Below are positions 1 through 10,208 of a stretch of DNA of 64,000 bases, in pieces. This DNA is from an uncultured virus (IMG/VR IMGVR_UViG_3300025276_000028). Lineage: Duplodnaviria > Heunggongvirae > Uroviricota > Caudoviricetes. Both the position numbers and the translations under genes were made by a program. The notes under the pieces were generated by a model, which had not been told where the DNA came from, did no database searches, and was given only the letters and a program-made list of their open reading frames with translations. Within the stretch, counting starts at the first letter, position 1, and every line of letters starts with the position of its first letter. Location: the IMG/VR virus record IMGVR_UViG_3300025276_000028. One strand, given 5' to 3'.

Positions 1-42
1 CCAAGGCGGTTTAATCGGCCTTAATACTAAGGAAACATATAT

Positions 43-1050
43 ATGTCAAAATTAATTGTAGATCAAATCGCCAAAAATGGAGGGGTGCCTTTAACGATAC
101 CCGCCGCTGACGGTGTCGCCAATGCCGCTATCAAATCTGACGGCGCTGGTGCATTAGGTTTTACCGGGTTTGGTTTACCATCCACCGCCGGTACAGAGGG
201 TCAAATGCTGAAGAAAGGTGCTGGTACTACCTCAATATGGGGTGCTGCTGGAGCAGCTGCACCAACAGATACCATCGATATTATTGGTTCTCTTGTAACC
301 ACTTCAGCACGTCAGAACGTTTATTCTACTGGTGAATGGAGTTCGTCTGGTGCATGGACCACGTATTATCATAGCTGGCAGGATGCTAACTCAAAAACTC
401 AGGGCTGGAATATGTTCTTGGGTGATGGTTATCCGAATGGTACTAGCCAACATATGTACGCGAATGACGGCGAATCAAACTCAATGCAGCGTAGACTTGA
501 ATATGCTAACGGCGATCGTATTGGTCGTAACTTTGCAGATATGAGATATGAAGATAACAGTACTGGTAACTATGGTGGTGTCACATGGCGTTGTATGCCT
601 ATTCGTAACACAACTGCTAGTGACGTTTCACGGACATTTCAGACTTACTTGTCAACTAAAGATAATGAGTATGGTGGTGGTGGCATTCATTATTATACAC
701 CCAATGCCACAACATATTCAAGTACATCAGGTGGAGCATGGACATCTGCATGGCAAGGCGGCAGCGATACATCATCACAGAATCGCACAGGCACGGTAGT
801 GGTTCCTGCGAATATGACAATAATGGTGTTCATACTTAGTACTCACTCTTATCAGACCACATACAGGTTCAAAGATTCAAATATGCCTTATAACCTTGAT
901 ACTTTCTTTGGTACTGAATTGGTTACTGATAATAGAATGTTACATTGTCTTGCTCAGGCTCGTATTGGCAATAAAGATGGTGTAACTAATACCCAGGTAT
1001 ACCCCTGGCATACATATAACTTATGTGCAACAATGTACGGAGATAGATAA
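43..1050 (+). CDS. Putative tail fibre / virion structural protein
   Basis: Gly/Thr/Ser-rich 335 aa; N-terminus (MSKLIVDQIAKNGGVPLTIP..DG) resembles that of ORF 1372; lies in tail region upstream of neck genes. Confidence 0.55.
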   Translation: MSKLIVDQIAKNGGVPLTIPAADGVANAAIKSDGAGALGFTGFGLPSTAGTEGQMLKKGAGTTSIWGAAGAAAPTDTIDIIGSLVTTSARQNVYSTGEWSSSGAWTTYYHSWQDANSKTQGWNMFLGDGYPNGTSQHMYANDGESNSMQRRLEYANGDRIGRNFADMRYEDNSTGNYGGVTWRCMPIRNTTASDVSRTFQTYLSTKDNEYGGGGIHYYTPNATTYSSTSGGAWTSAWQGGSDTSSQNRTGTVVVPANMTIMVFILSTHSYQTTYRFKDSNMPYNLDTFFGTELVTDNRMLHCLAQARIGNKDGVTNTQVYPWHTYNLCATMYGDR

Positions 1051-1052
1051 TA

Positions 1053-1310
1053 ATGGCTACTACAATAGATATCAAGCACTTGGCAAATGTACAAGGGCAA
1101 ATCAACGCAGGAATTAAACAAGATACAAAGGATGCTATTATAGCAGCATATTCTATCAGTGATCAACTTAATGCTACAGGTGCAGCAAAGACTACTATGA
1201 TGGCTGCAATTGCTGCATTAGTTACTGCTGGTGCAACTAAGCGGACTGCAGTCAGTGCAGCTACAACTTGGGCAGAGCTAAACGCTGTTGTTCCTGATAC
1301 TGACGCGTAA
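1053..1310 (+). CDS. Hypothetical protein, possible fibre chaperone
   Basis: Ala-rich 85 aa directly after a fibre-like gene. Confidence 0.4.
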   Translation: MATTIDIKHLANVQGQINAGIKQDTKDAIIAAYSISDQLNATGAAKTTMMAAIAALVTAGATKRTAVSAATTWAELNAVVPDTDA

Positions 1311-1371
1311 TCTGTAAATATGGATGGGCTACTTCTGTAGCCCTTGATTACCTCAAAGTTGGAGAATAAAG

Positions 1372-2313
1372 ATGAGTACAATAGTAGTAGATGAATTACA
1401 AGCCAGCAATGGGGGTACCCCTTTAAAGTTGCCAAAGAAAGATGGTACTTCAGGGCAATCGTTGCAGACAGATGGTAAAGGACAATTAAAATTTGCAGAT
1501 AGTGTTGCTGATGAAGGAGGAGCTGTTGCTCATCCAGTAGGTCAGGCATTTTACGGCAGCGGAGCAGGTACGTATTCATGGACTTGTCCACCAGACGTGA
1601 CGAAAATACATGTAGTCTGTATTGGCGGTGGTGGTTGCAGTCCAGGAGCTACATCTTCTGGCCACGGCGGTGGCGGTGGCGCTGGCCTAGGCTGGAAAAA
1701 CGATATCGCTGTAACTCCCGGAACTGTTTACTCGCTTCAAGTAGGTAGGGGCGGTGATACACCTAGATACGGAAATCAAAATGGTACGGATTCTTTCTTC
1801 GGATCAAGTGCTGGGGAGTTCGGAGTTAGCGGACTGAAGGGCACACAAAGCGGTGGATCTTATAGTGGCGATGGCGGCGGTAACGGAGGGAACTCTGGCG
1901 GTAGTCAACCTGGTGCTGGTGCTGGTGGTTACACTGGTTACGGCGGCGGGTATGGTCAGGCAGGCCAAAGTGGCGGTGGTGGTGCTTCCGGTGGGCGGAA
2001 TTATAGTTCTACCTATGGATTAGCTTCTGGTGGTGGAGTAGGCCCATTTGGCCAAGGTAGTACTGGTACACTGGGTGGCACAGGTACTGCTGGTGCTGGT
2101 GGCTCTGGCGGTGAAGATGGCTGCAGTGGTGAAAATGGTCCAACAAACTATGGTCACAATTTTCGTCACGGTGGCCTTTATGGTGGAGGCGGTGGCGGAC
2201 CTGGTGATAACTCCAATTTTGGCCATGGCTTGCAAAAAGGTGGCCGCGGCTGCGTAAGAATTATATGGGGTGATAACCGCTCATTCCCATCAACTGGCTG
2301 TGGAGATATGTAA
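1372..2313 (+). CDS. Glycine-rich tail fibre / adhesin-like protein
   Basis: YSWTCP..V..IHVVCIGGGG, polyglycine runs and C-terminal GGRGCVRIIWG typical of phage glycine-rich receptor-binding domains; GGAG RBS. Confidence 0.7.
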   Translation: MSTIVVDELQASNGGTPLKLPKKDGTSGQSLQTDGKGQLKFADSVADEGGAVAHPVGQAFYGSGAGTYSWTCPPDVTKIHVVCIGGGGCSPGATSSGHGGGGGAGLGWKNDIAVTPGTVYSLQVGRGGDTPRYGNQNGTDSFFGSSAGEFGVSGLKGTQSGGSYSGDGGGNGGNSGGSQPGAGAGGYTGYGGGYGQAGQSGGGGASGGRNYSSTYGLASGGGVGPFGQGSTGTLGGTGTAGAGGSGGEDGCSGENGPTNYGHNFRHGGLYGGGGGGPGDNSNFGHGLQKGGRGCVRIIWGDNRSFPSTGCGDM

Positions 2314-2684
2314 TGTCGATGGATAATGTGTATTATAACCTAGTAGTAAACGGGGATATTGAACGAGAAAGAGTACCTTATAGAGATGTATTAATTGATA
2401 CAGGTCTAAAAGATACAGTAGGTTTGAATCAAACTAATTGGGTTGAGTGGTTTCCTCCACATGTTGAAGTTGCAATTACCGCTGAGCAAATCGGAGTAGC
2501 TGTTCGGGCTGCACGTGAAGTAATGTTAACATCATCTGATTGGACACAAGCCGCAGATTCACCATTAAGTGATTCAGTTAAAGCTGAGTGGGCTACATAC
2601 CGTCAGGCTTGTAGAGATATGCCTGCAACTAATGCAGCTATAGCTAGCCCAACGGATATGGTTAGACCTACAAAGCCTTCTTAA
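2313..2684 (+). CDS. Tail fibre assembly chaperone
   Basis: R..ML..SDWTQ..DSPL....AEWATYRQ..RD.P motif of phage tail assembly chaperones; TAATG-coupled to the fibre gene. Confidence 0.8.
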   Translation: MSMDNVYYNLVVNGDIERERVPYRDVLIDTGLKDTVGLNQTNWVEWFPPHVEVAITAEQIGVAVRAAREVMLTSSDWTQAADSPLSDSVKAEWATYRQACRDMPATNAAIASPTDMVRPTKPS

Positions 2685-2699
2685 CAGGTATTTGAATAT

Positions 2700-2738
2700 A
2701 TGAATTGTTTCTAATATAATAACGCAGAAACAATTCAT
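2700..2738. terminator. 13-bp inverted repeat followed by a T-run
   Basis: ATGAATTGTTTCT-N13-AGAAACAATTCAT then TTTT, intergenic. Confidence 0.45.
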
Positions 2739-2781
2739 TTTTACATGAGATTGTTATTATCCATTAAGAGGTAAATAAATC

Positions 2782-3222
2782 ATGCTTGCAGAATTAGCTG
2801 TCGCGAATGCGGCTCTAAAAGTCATTAAAATGACTATATCAAACGGTAAAGACATTGCTAGTGCAGGTGCTGCAATTAGTAAGTACTTTGGTGCTGAGAA
2901 GGCAATAGAGAAACAAGTTAAAGCTGGCACCGGCAATATAATGGAAGCTTTCCAAGCACAGGAACAGCTAAAGAAGAATGAAGAACAATTAAAATTCATG
3001 CTTAACAAGCAAAGGCTACAAGGTTATGTCGACTTTTGTAAATTTAGAGATGATTATAATAGAGGCGTTAAGATAAAAGCTGTTAAAAGAAAGAAGGCTA
3101 ACGCTAAAAGAGCCAATGAAAATAATGACATATTTACCGTAGTATTAATAATAGGCATAGTGTTATTGTTAGTTGTTTCAGCAGGAGCTTTGTTTATAGC
3201 AAAAGATATGGGAATTATATAA
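2782..3222 (+). CDS. Hypothetical protein with C-terminal transmembrane helix
   Basis: GAGG RBS; hydrophobic C-terminus IFTVVLIIGIVLLLVVSAGALFIA. Confidence 0.6.
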   Translation: MLAELAVANAALKVIKMTISNGKDIASAGAAISKYFGAEKAIEKQVKAGTGNIMEAFQAQEQLKKNEEQLKFMLNKQRLQGYVDFCKFRDDYNRGVKIKAVKRKKANAKRANENNDIFTVVLIIGIVLLLVVSAGALFIAKDMGII

Positions 3223-3240
3223 TTATTTAGGGAATATAGT

Positions 3241-3840
3241 ATGCTACAAACAGGAAGTAACACCGACGATTCGACCTATGAACAAACACAAACAGTAATT
3301 TCTGGACCTTATGTTTTAGAGGAAAGTGGAAAATTTATTATCATGAAAAAGATTGATGATGAGATATGTGAAAGAGCAATCAGATTCATACTTATGCACA
3401 ATGCACATCATGGTAACAAGTTAAAAAATCTAACAATAATTATTAATTCACCCGGTGGATCAGTATACTCTGCATTAGCATTAATTGATGTAATAAGAGG
3501 ATCTAAGATCCCTGTACATACAATTGGATTAGGCCTTATTGCATCTGCTGGATTATTAATCTTTATGGCTGGAGCTAAGGGCAACAGGGTAATAACACCT
3601 AATACCTCGATACTTTCTCACCAATATTCATGGGGAAGTAAAGGTAAGGAGCATGAATTGTTTGCATCTACAGTAGAACAGAAATATGCTGGTCAACGCA
3701 TGCTAGAGCATTATAAACTATGCACTGGCTTATCTGAAAAAGTTATTAAAGAAAAGTTATTACCACCATCTGACGTTTGGCTATCTGGTAAAGAAGCTAA
3801 AAAGTTTAGACTGTGTGACCACATACAAGATATTAACTAA
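3241..3840 (+). CDS. clpP: ClpP-family protease proteolytic subunit
   Basis: INSPGGSV, GLIASAG (Ser), ILSHQ (His), SDVWLS (Asp) motifs. Confidence 0.85.
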   Translation: MLQTGSNTDDSTYEQTQTVISGPYVLEESGKFIIMKKIDDEICERAIRFILMHNAHHGNKLKNLTIIINSPGGSVYSALALIDVIRGSKIPVHTIGLGLIASAGLLIFMAGAKGNRVITPNTSILSHQYSWGSKGKEHELFASTVEQKYAGQRMLEHYKLCTGLSEKVIKEKLLPPSDVWLSGKEAKKFRLCDHIQDIN

Positions 3841-4055
3841 TGTGGTCGTCTGCGCCATCCAGCGTTATTGCTGGAATATATCCGGCTGCAGACGGAATTA
3901 TAAGGTATCCTAATGTCGACGTGTATTCATCTGACATAAGAATAAAAGAAAATGCTGTACCGGATGGCCTTTATTTAAGTAAGATAAAGGCCTACGGTAT
4001 TCAGCAATACACTGAAGAATACGTACCTAATTCGTATAGAGTGTGGATCGTATAA
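3840..4055 (+). CDS. Hypothetical protein
   Basis: TAATG coupling to clpP; fills the gap before a late promoter. Confidence 0.45.
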   Translation: MWSSAPSSVIAGIYPAADGIIRYPNVDVYSSDIRIKENAVPDGLYLSKIKAYGIQQYTEEYVPNSYRVWIV

Positions 4056-4058
4056 ATA
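4051..4058 (+). promoter_or_regulatory. T4-type late promoter
   Basis: TATAAATA upstream of gp13. Confidence 0.8.
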
Positions 4059-4090
4059 TGTGTATACTAAATTAATAAGAGCATCCACGT

Positions 4091-4831
4091 ATGGCAATTC
4101 CAACATCGAGATCGACGCTTATAGAATTCTGCCTAAGAAGATTGGGTGCACCTGTTCTAGAAATCAACGTTGACGAAGATCAAATATCCGATAGGATTGA
4201 TGAAGCGTTACAGTTCTATCAAGAGTTTCATTCTGATGCGATTGAAAAAACTTATCTAAAATACCAATTAACGTCTACCGATATCACTAATGAATATATA
4301 ACTATATCTGACTCAGTCACGTCTATTACTAAAGTCCTGCCTCTTGGTTACGGTAGTTCACAGTGGACATCAGACAACTGGCAGTTTATGTTAGGTACTG
4401 TTAATGATCTTCGTTATGGTGGTTCTATTGCTGAATATGAAATGTCACAGACTCAAGTTTCATTATTGCAACATCGTCTTGGATCATCTGAATCTATTCG
4501 CTATAATCGACATACAAATAAGTTACACATTGATGTTGATTGGGGAACTGAGGTTAAAACTAACGATTTTATTGTAGCCGAATGTTACGTGATTGTTGAC
4601 CCTGATACAAATACTGATATATACAATGATCGATTCTTAAAGCAATATGCAACAGCATTGATCAAACAGCAATGGGGCGCAAACTTAATTAAATTTGAGG
4701 GAATGCAGTTACCAGGTGGTGTCACGATGAATGGCCAAAAGATATTCGATGATGCTGGTGAAGAAATTCTTAGGATTCAAGAGACAATGCAGCTCAACTT
4801 TGAAGAGCCAATTGATTTCATGGTAGGATAA
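4091..4831 (+). CDS. gp13: Neck protein gp13
   Basis: CLRRLGAPVLEINVDEDQI..RIDEALQ and KQQWGANL.KF.GMQLPGGVT.NG; synteny. Confidence 0.92.
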   Translation: MAIPTSRSTLIEFCLRRLGAPVLEINVDEDQISDRIDEALQFYQEFHSDAIEKTYLKYQLTSTDITNEYITISDSVTSITKVLPLGYGSSQWTSDNWQFMLGTVNDLRYGGSIAEYEMSQTQVSLLQHRLGSSESIRYNRHTNKLHIDVDWGTEVKTNDFIVAECYVIVDPDTNTDIYNDRFLKQYATALIKQQWGANLIKFEGMQLPGGVTMNGQKIFDDAGEEILRIQETMQLNFEEPIDFMVG

Positions 4832-4835
4832 CATA

Positions 4836-5723
4836 ATGGCAACTAATACTTATTTTAATAATAAGGTTGTATCTGAGCAGATGCTCTATGAAGACCTTAT
4901 TGTAGAAGCTTTACAAATATACGGGCAGGACGTTATATACATTCCTCGTACTATTGCCAATTACGATAATCTAATGGGTGAATCCATTGCAGCAGACTTT
5001 GCTGATGGTTATAACATAGAAATGTATCTTGATAACGCAGAAGGTTTTGGCGGCGAAGGAGATCTATTCTCTAAATTCGGCGTTGAGATTAGAGACCAAG
5101 CTACATTGATAGTATCAAAGTTACGTTGGGAAAAGCTAACCAGTTATTCTAATAACTTTATCAATAACGATAGACCTAGTGAAGGTGATTTAATATATCT
5201 TCCATTATCGAATAGTCTTTTTGAAATCGCACACGTTGAACACGAACAGCCTTTTTATCAATTAGCTCAGTGGCCTACATATAAGCTACAAATTGAGAAG
5301 TTTGAATATGCTGGCGAGAATCTTAAAACTGGTTACGCCGAGATTGACAAGCTAGATGACGACTTTGCATTCGCTTATAAGTTGTTAATAGATGGTAGTA
5401 ACGGTACATCGTTTACAGTACAAGAGACGGTAACACAGACATTAGGTACTGGTACGGTCATAACCGCTGAAGTTGCTCAAGTTACAGCAGGAACATTACC
5501 TGCTAATAGATACTTGTATCTCAGTCATGTTAGAGCATCAACTAATAAATACACCGAATTTGCATTAGCTCTTCCTGTTGTTGGAATGGCATCTGCAGCT
5601 TCATGGAATGTAGTTTCTGTATCTGAAGACCAAGGTGATCCATTCAATAAGAATGATACGTTTGACACTCTTCGTACTGATATATTGGACTTTAATGAAA
5701 CTAATCCATTCGGAGAGATATAA
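4836..5723 (+). CDS. gp14: Neck protein gp14
   Basis: YGQDV.YIPR, GFGGEGDLFSKFG.EIRD, RP.EGDLIY.P, C-terminal DF.E.NPFG. Confidence 0.92.
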   Translation: MATNTYFNNKVVSEQMLYEDLIVEALQIYGQDVIYIPRTIANYDNLMGESIAADFADGYNIEMYLDNAEGFGGEGDLFSKFGVEIRDQATLIVSKLRWEKLTSYSNNFINNDRPSEGDLIYLPLSNSLFEIAHVEHEQPFYQLAQWPTYKLQIEKFEYAGENLKTGYAEIDKLDDDFAFAYKLLIDGSNGTSFTVQETVTQTLGTGTVITAEVAQVTAGTLPANRYLYLSHVRASTNKYTEFALALPVVGMASAASWNVVSVSEDQGDPFNKNDTFDTLRTDILDFNETNPFGEI

Positions 5724-6493
5724 TGCTTACTAATGGACACTTTTATCATCAAACAATTCGAAGAACTGTATCGGTATTTGGTACTATATTTAATGATATA
5801 TTTGTTATTCGAAAAGATTCTGCAGGTGCTACTAAAGATCAGATGAAGGTACCTCTTGCCTATGGACCTCGTCAGAAGTTCTTAGCTAGATTAGAAGAAT
5901 CTCCTAAGTTAAATGATACTTCAATGGGTATTAAGTTACCACGCATGAGCTTTGAAATTACTTCAATGGCATATGATCCGGCTCGACAGTTAGCGAAAAC
6001 AACAAAGTTTTCAGTAGCATCAACCACGCTTAATAAGAAAATTGGTGTGTATGTTGCTGCTCCGTATACCATTGGTATGCAGTTAAATATAATGGCGAAG
6101 ACTCAGGATGATGGACTTCAGATTATTGAGCAAATCATTCCATACTTCCAACCATCTTATACAGTGACTATTAAAAATATTCCTGGAAGTGAGGCAATCA
6201 AAACTGATATGCCTATTACTTTAACTGGTGTTAATATGTCTGATGAGTATGAGGGTGATTTTACTCAGAGACGTGTTATAATTTATACACTTGACTTTGA
6301 TATTAAAACCAACTTCTATGGCCCTGTCGATGGTGAACAAGCTACGATACGTACTACTAAAACAGATATTAATAGAACTGGTTCAGACCTATATCTGGAA
6401 CGAGTAAATACTACAACAAATCCAGTTGATGCAGGAGTTAATGATGTTTATGGATACACAGAAACCTATAATTTCTTCGAAGGTGACGACTGA
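5723..6493 (+). CDS. gp15: Tail sheath stabiliser gp15
   Basis: FYH.TIRR....FGT.FN, VPLAYGP.QKF, LPRMSFE, QI.EQI.PYFQP. Confidence 0.92.
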   Translation: MLTNGHFYHQTIRRTVSVFGTIFNDIFVIRKDSAGATKDQMKVPLAYGPRQKFLARLEESPKLNDTSMGIKLPRMSFEITSMAYDPARQLAKTTKFSVASTTLNKKIGVYVAAPYTIGMQLNIMAKTQDDGLQIIEQIIPYFQPSYTVTIKNIPGSEAIKTDMPITLTGVNMSDEYEGDFTQRRVIIYTLDFDIKTNFYGPVDGEQATIRTTKTDINRTGSDLYLERVNTTTNPVDAGVNDVYGYTETYNFFEGDD

Positions 6494-6845
6494 TAAGAAC
6501 AGTCTTGATGTTGATGCAGATTATAATTATTCTCGGGCTAAGTATTATGAGTTAGTGGATAGAGGATCTGAAGCAATTGAGGCTATGCTTGAACTGGCAA
6601 CTGAATCTGATAACCCAAGATCGTTCGAAGTTCTTGGAAGACTTATCAAAGACGTGGCTGACGTTAACGAGAAGATAATCACGCTGCAGAAGGTCAAGAA
6701 GGATCTTCAAGATAATAAAAGTATCGCTGCTATAGGTAGTGGTACTGTGAATAATAATCTATTTGTAGGATCTACTACTGAACTTCAAAGGTTATTATCA
6801 TCAGAGCCTACTGAAAAAGAGGTTGTAGATGACTCAAAGGATTGA
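6444..6845 (+). CDS. gp16: Terminase small subunit gp16
   Basis: DY.YSR..YY.L, A.ES..PR.FEV, NNNLFVGST.ELQ; start chosen from the AGGAG RBS and uncertain. Confidence 0.85.
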   Translation: MFMDTQKPIISSKVTTDKNSLDVDADYNYSRAKYYELVDRGSEAIEAMLELATESDNPRSFEVLGRLIKDVADVNEKIITLQKVKKDLQDNKSIAAIGSGTVNNNLFVGSTTELQRLLSSEPTEKEVVDDSKD

Positions 6846-8406
6846 AACTTATCTAGGTAACCCACTAATTAAGCGTGATGGGGTTTCTCAAGGATGGGAT
6901 AAAGAGACTATATTTGAATACCAGAAGTGTATGCGTGATCCGGTATACTTTGCTGTGACCTATCTTAAAGTGATAAACCTGGATGAAGGTTTAGTTCCAT
7001 TCCAGTTGTACGATTATCAAGAGAAAATGTTTAATCATTTTAATGATAATAGATTCTCTATTGTACTTGCGTGTAGACAGTCTGGAAAAAGTATATCATC
7101 CGTTGCGTATATATTATGGTATGCAGTATTCCATTCAGAACAAACGATAGCTATTCTTGCTAACAAAGGTGCTACTTCACGAGAAATGTTATCTCGTATC
7201 ACTCTTATGTTAGAAAATCTTCCATTCTTTCTTCAACCTGGTTGTAAGGCACTCAACAAAGGTTCTATTGAATTTAGTAATAACTCTCGTATTATTGCAT
7301 CTGCTACATCAGGTTCATCTATTCGTGGTATGTCTATTAACTTATTATTCTTAGATGAGTTTGCATTTGTGGAGAATGACGCTGAATTTTATACCTCTAC
7401 ATACCCTGTAATTTCATCCGGTAAGAACACTAAGGTTATTATTACATCGACACGAAATGGTGTAGCTAATGTATTCCATAAATTATGGGAAGGTGCAGTA
7501 CAGAGTACAAATAATTTTAAACCATTCCAAGTAGATTGGTGGGACGTTCCTGGACGTGATGAAGCATGGAAGGCTGAGACTATAGCAAACACTTCACAAA
7601 TGCAGTTCGATCAAGAGTTTGGTAACCAAGTCATATCGTCTGGTAATACTCTAATTGATGCAAATAAGTTAATGAGCCTTGTGTCAATTGAACCATTATA
7701 TACTCAGAATGGTGTTAATCTCTATAAGAAACCAATAGAAGACCACAATTATTTAATGTTTGTCGACGTAGCAAAGGGAAGAGGTCAGGATTACTCTACT
7801 TTTAACGTTATAGATATTAGCGTAGAGCCATTCATTCAAGTGGCAACATATAGAAATAATATGATGTCACCTCTACTATTTCCGGATATTATATATAAAT
7901 ACGGAAAGACATTTAACGATGCATATGTTGTCATTGAAAATAACGCGTCTGGTGACGTTGTATGTAATGGATTATATTACGATTTAGAATATGAGAATGT
8001 ACACGTAGAAAGCGCTGTTAAAGCTGGTGGTGTAGGTGTCACAATGACCAAGAAGGTCAAAAGAATCGGTTGCTCTAATATGAAAGATTTAATAGAGCAG
8101 GGTAAAATTGTTATTAATGACGCTGAAACTATACGTGAGCTATCAGCATTTTCTGCAAGAGGAGCTTCATACGAAGCATTACCTGGAATGCACGACGATC
8201 TTGTAATGAATTTAGTTATGTTTGGTTGGTACACATCCACACCATTCTTCCAAGAAATGACTAATATCGATATAAAGAACATGTTGTATGCAGAAAGATC
8301 ATTAGAAATAGAGAATGATTTAGTGCCATTTGGTGTGATACCTAGTAACCGCGATGATGAGCCAACACAAGAAATGCTTGGCGGGACATTGTGGAATTTA
8401 GAATAA
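6829..8406 (+). CDS. gp17: Terminase large subunit gp17
   Basis: YLGNP, RQSGKS Walker A, LLFLDEFAFV Walker B, VDVAKGRGQDYS, HDDLVM nuclease motifs. Confidence 0.97.
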   Translation: MTQRIETYLGNPLIKRDGVSQGWDKETIFEYQKCMRDPVYFAVTYLKVINLDEGLVPFQLYDYQEKMFNHFNDNRFSIVLACRQSGKSISSVAYILWYAVFHSEQTIAILANKGATSREMLSRITLMLENLPFFLQPGCKALNKGSIEFSNNSRIIASATSGSSIRGMSINLLFLDEFAFVENDAEFYTSTYPVISSGKNTKVIITSTRNGVANVFHKLWEGAVQSTNNFKPFQVDWWDVPGRDEAWKAETIANTSQMQFDQEFGNQVISSGNTLIDANKLMSLVSIEPLYTQNGVNLYKKPIEDHNYLMFVDVAKGRGQDYSTFNVIDISVEPFIQVATYRNNMMSPLLFPDIIYKYGKTFNDAYVVIENNASGDVVCNGLYYDLEYENVHVESAVKAGGVGVTMTKKVKRIGCSNMKDLIEQGKIVINDAETIRELSAFSARGASYEALPGMHDDLVMNLVMFGWYTSTPFFQEMTNIDIKNMLYAERSLEIENDLVPFGVIPSNRDDEPTQEMLGGTLWNLE

Positions 8407-8427
8407 CATAGGTGAATATGGTTTAAG

Positions 8428-8435
8428 TATAAATA
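8428..8435 (+). promoter_or_regulatory. T4-type late promoter
   Basis: TATAAATA upstream of gp18. Confidence 0.8.
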
Positions 8436-8508
8436 GTATCAAGATTGAGTTAATTCATATAATGAACCATATAATGAAACCATATAAAATAAATAATGAG
8501 GAAAGATC

Positions 8509-10197
8509 ATGGCATTTTTAGTTTCCCCTGGCGTACAGTCAAAAGAAATCGATGCTTCTAATTCAGTACCCGGCGTGTCAACGTCAACCGGCGCAATTGC
8601 TGGTGCTTTTAACTGGGGTCCTGTCAACGACATCGTAACAGTAGGTTCTGAAACAGAACTTGTTGCATCATTTGGATCTCCGGATCTATTAACTAATTCA
8701 ACATTCACGAGCGCATCTATATTTCTTTTATATGCTCAATCTCTTAGAGTAGTGCGTACAGAAGGAGCAGCTCAAAAGAACGCAGATAATGGTTCTAGCA
8801 CTAACATCTCTATTCAAAATAAAGCAGCACATGATCTTTTGTCATCATTTCCAACTGGTGCAACATTTATTGCAAAATACCCTGGAGCAATAGGTAATGC
8901 TATCAAGGTTTCAGTATGTCCTGCCGGCTCGGCATTTGCTACATGGTCATATAAAGCAGGATTCGATTTCGCTCCAGGAACATCAGCGTTTGCAAATGCA
9001 CGTTCAATCACTGGAGACGAGATGCACATTGCACTTGTTGATTCAAGTGGTGCTATAACAGGTACAGCTGGAAGTGTTATTGAAAGATTTCCACATGTGT
9101 CTCAGTTATCTGATGCTAAGGGCGGCACAGGTGAAACTGTATTCTACAAAAATGTAATTAATAACCAATCTCGCTGGGTTTGGTGGGCTGGTCACAATTC
9201 AACTGAACTTACACAAGTAGGTAGTGCATCAAGTGCCGTTAGCGGTGCAATGGACACCCACACTGCAGCTATTACTGTAGACTTTACTGGCGGTGTTGAT
9301 GATAGCGCTCCAACCGCTGGCAATATTACTACTGCATATCAAAAGTTTAGCGATAGTGCATCGGTCGAAATTGATTTCCTTATTGGCGGTGCGGTTACTC
9401 AAACCGTAGGTAATATGTTAGTCGCTATTGCTGATGGTCGTAGAGACTGTATTGCATGTATATCTCCAGAAATTAGTGATAGCACATCAGCAACACCTGC
9501 TATAGCAGTGCTTGATTGGGCGACAAACACGACGGGTGCTGGAACCCCTATAACTAAATCTACATACGCTGTGCTAGATTCTACAGCTCTTAAAGTGTAT
9601 GATAAATATAATGACGTATTCATTAATATCGGTGCTTCAGCCGCAGTTGCTGGTTGTATGGCTGCTACTGATGAGGTTGCTGATCCCTGGTTTTCACCAG
9701 CTGGTGTAGCGCGTGGACAAATCCGCGGTGTTACAAAGTTGCTTTGGAATCCTTCACAGACAGAAAGAGACAGTCTATACAAGGCTGGAGTTAACCCAAT
9801 AGTTGCAATGCCTGGACAAGGTACCATGCTATTTGGTGATAAGACTAACGCAGGTGCACCAAGCTCCTTTGATCGTATTAACGTACGTAGACTCTTTATC
9901 ACTTTACAGAAAGCAATCAATCTTGCTGCTCAAGCACAAATATTTGAATTCAACGATGAATTCACTCGTGCGCAGTTTAAGAATATGATTGAGCCTTTCT
10001 TACGTGATGTTAAAGGTCGTCGAGGTGTTACAGACTTTAAGGTAGTATGTGACGGTACTAATAATACTGGTACAATAGTTGATACAAACCAATTTATTGC
10101 TGATATTTACGTTAAGCCGTCTCGTTCTATTAACTTTATTACATTGAACTTCACAGTTACCAGAACTGGTGTTGCGTTCAGTGAAATTGCAGGATAA
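8509..10197 (+). CDS. gp18: Tail sheath protein gp18
   Basis: SPGV..KEID, PWFSPAG..RG, FDRINVRRLF, FEFNDEFTR, KPSRSINFI.LNF. Confidence 0.96.
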   Translation: MAFLVSPGVQSKEIDASNSVPGVSTSTGAIAGAFNWGPVNDIVTVGSETELVASFGSPDLLTNSTFTSASIFLLYAQSLRVVRTEGAAQKNADNGSSTNISIQNKAAHDLLSSFPTGATFIAKYPGAIGNAIKVSVCPAGSAFATWSYKAGFDFAPGTSAFANARSITGDEMHIALVDSSGAITGTAGSVIERFPHVSQLSDAKGGTGETVFYKNVINNQSRWVWWAGHNSTELTQVGSASSAVSGAMDTHTAAITVDFTGGVDDSAPTAGNITTAYQKFSDSASVEIDFLIGGAVTQTVGNMLVAIADGRRDCIACISPEISDSTSATPAIAVLDWATNTTGAGTPITKSTYAVLDSTALKVYDKYNDVFINIGASAAVAGCMAATDEVADPWFSPAGVARGQIRGVTKLLWNPSQTERDSLYKAGVNPIVAMPGQGTMLFGDKTNAGAPSSFDRINVRRLFITLQKAINLAAQAQIFEFNDEFTRAQFKNMIEPFLRDVKGRRGVTDFKVVCDGTNNTGTIVDTNQFIADIYVKPSRSINFITLNFTVTRTGVAFSEIAG

Positions 10198-10208
10198 GGA
10201 GATATAAA

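Noticed and set aside
9399..9920. Long antisense ORFs over core genes (e.g. 9399-9920, 1163-1591, 52652-53041)
   Set aside because: Shadow ORFs opposite well-supported genes, with no family motifs
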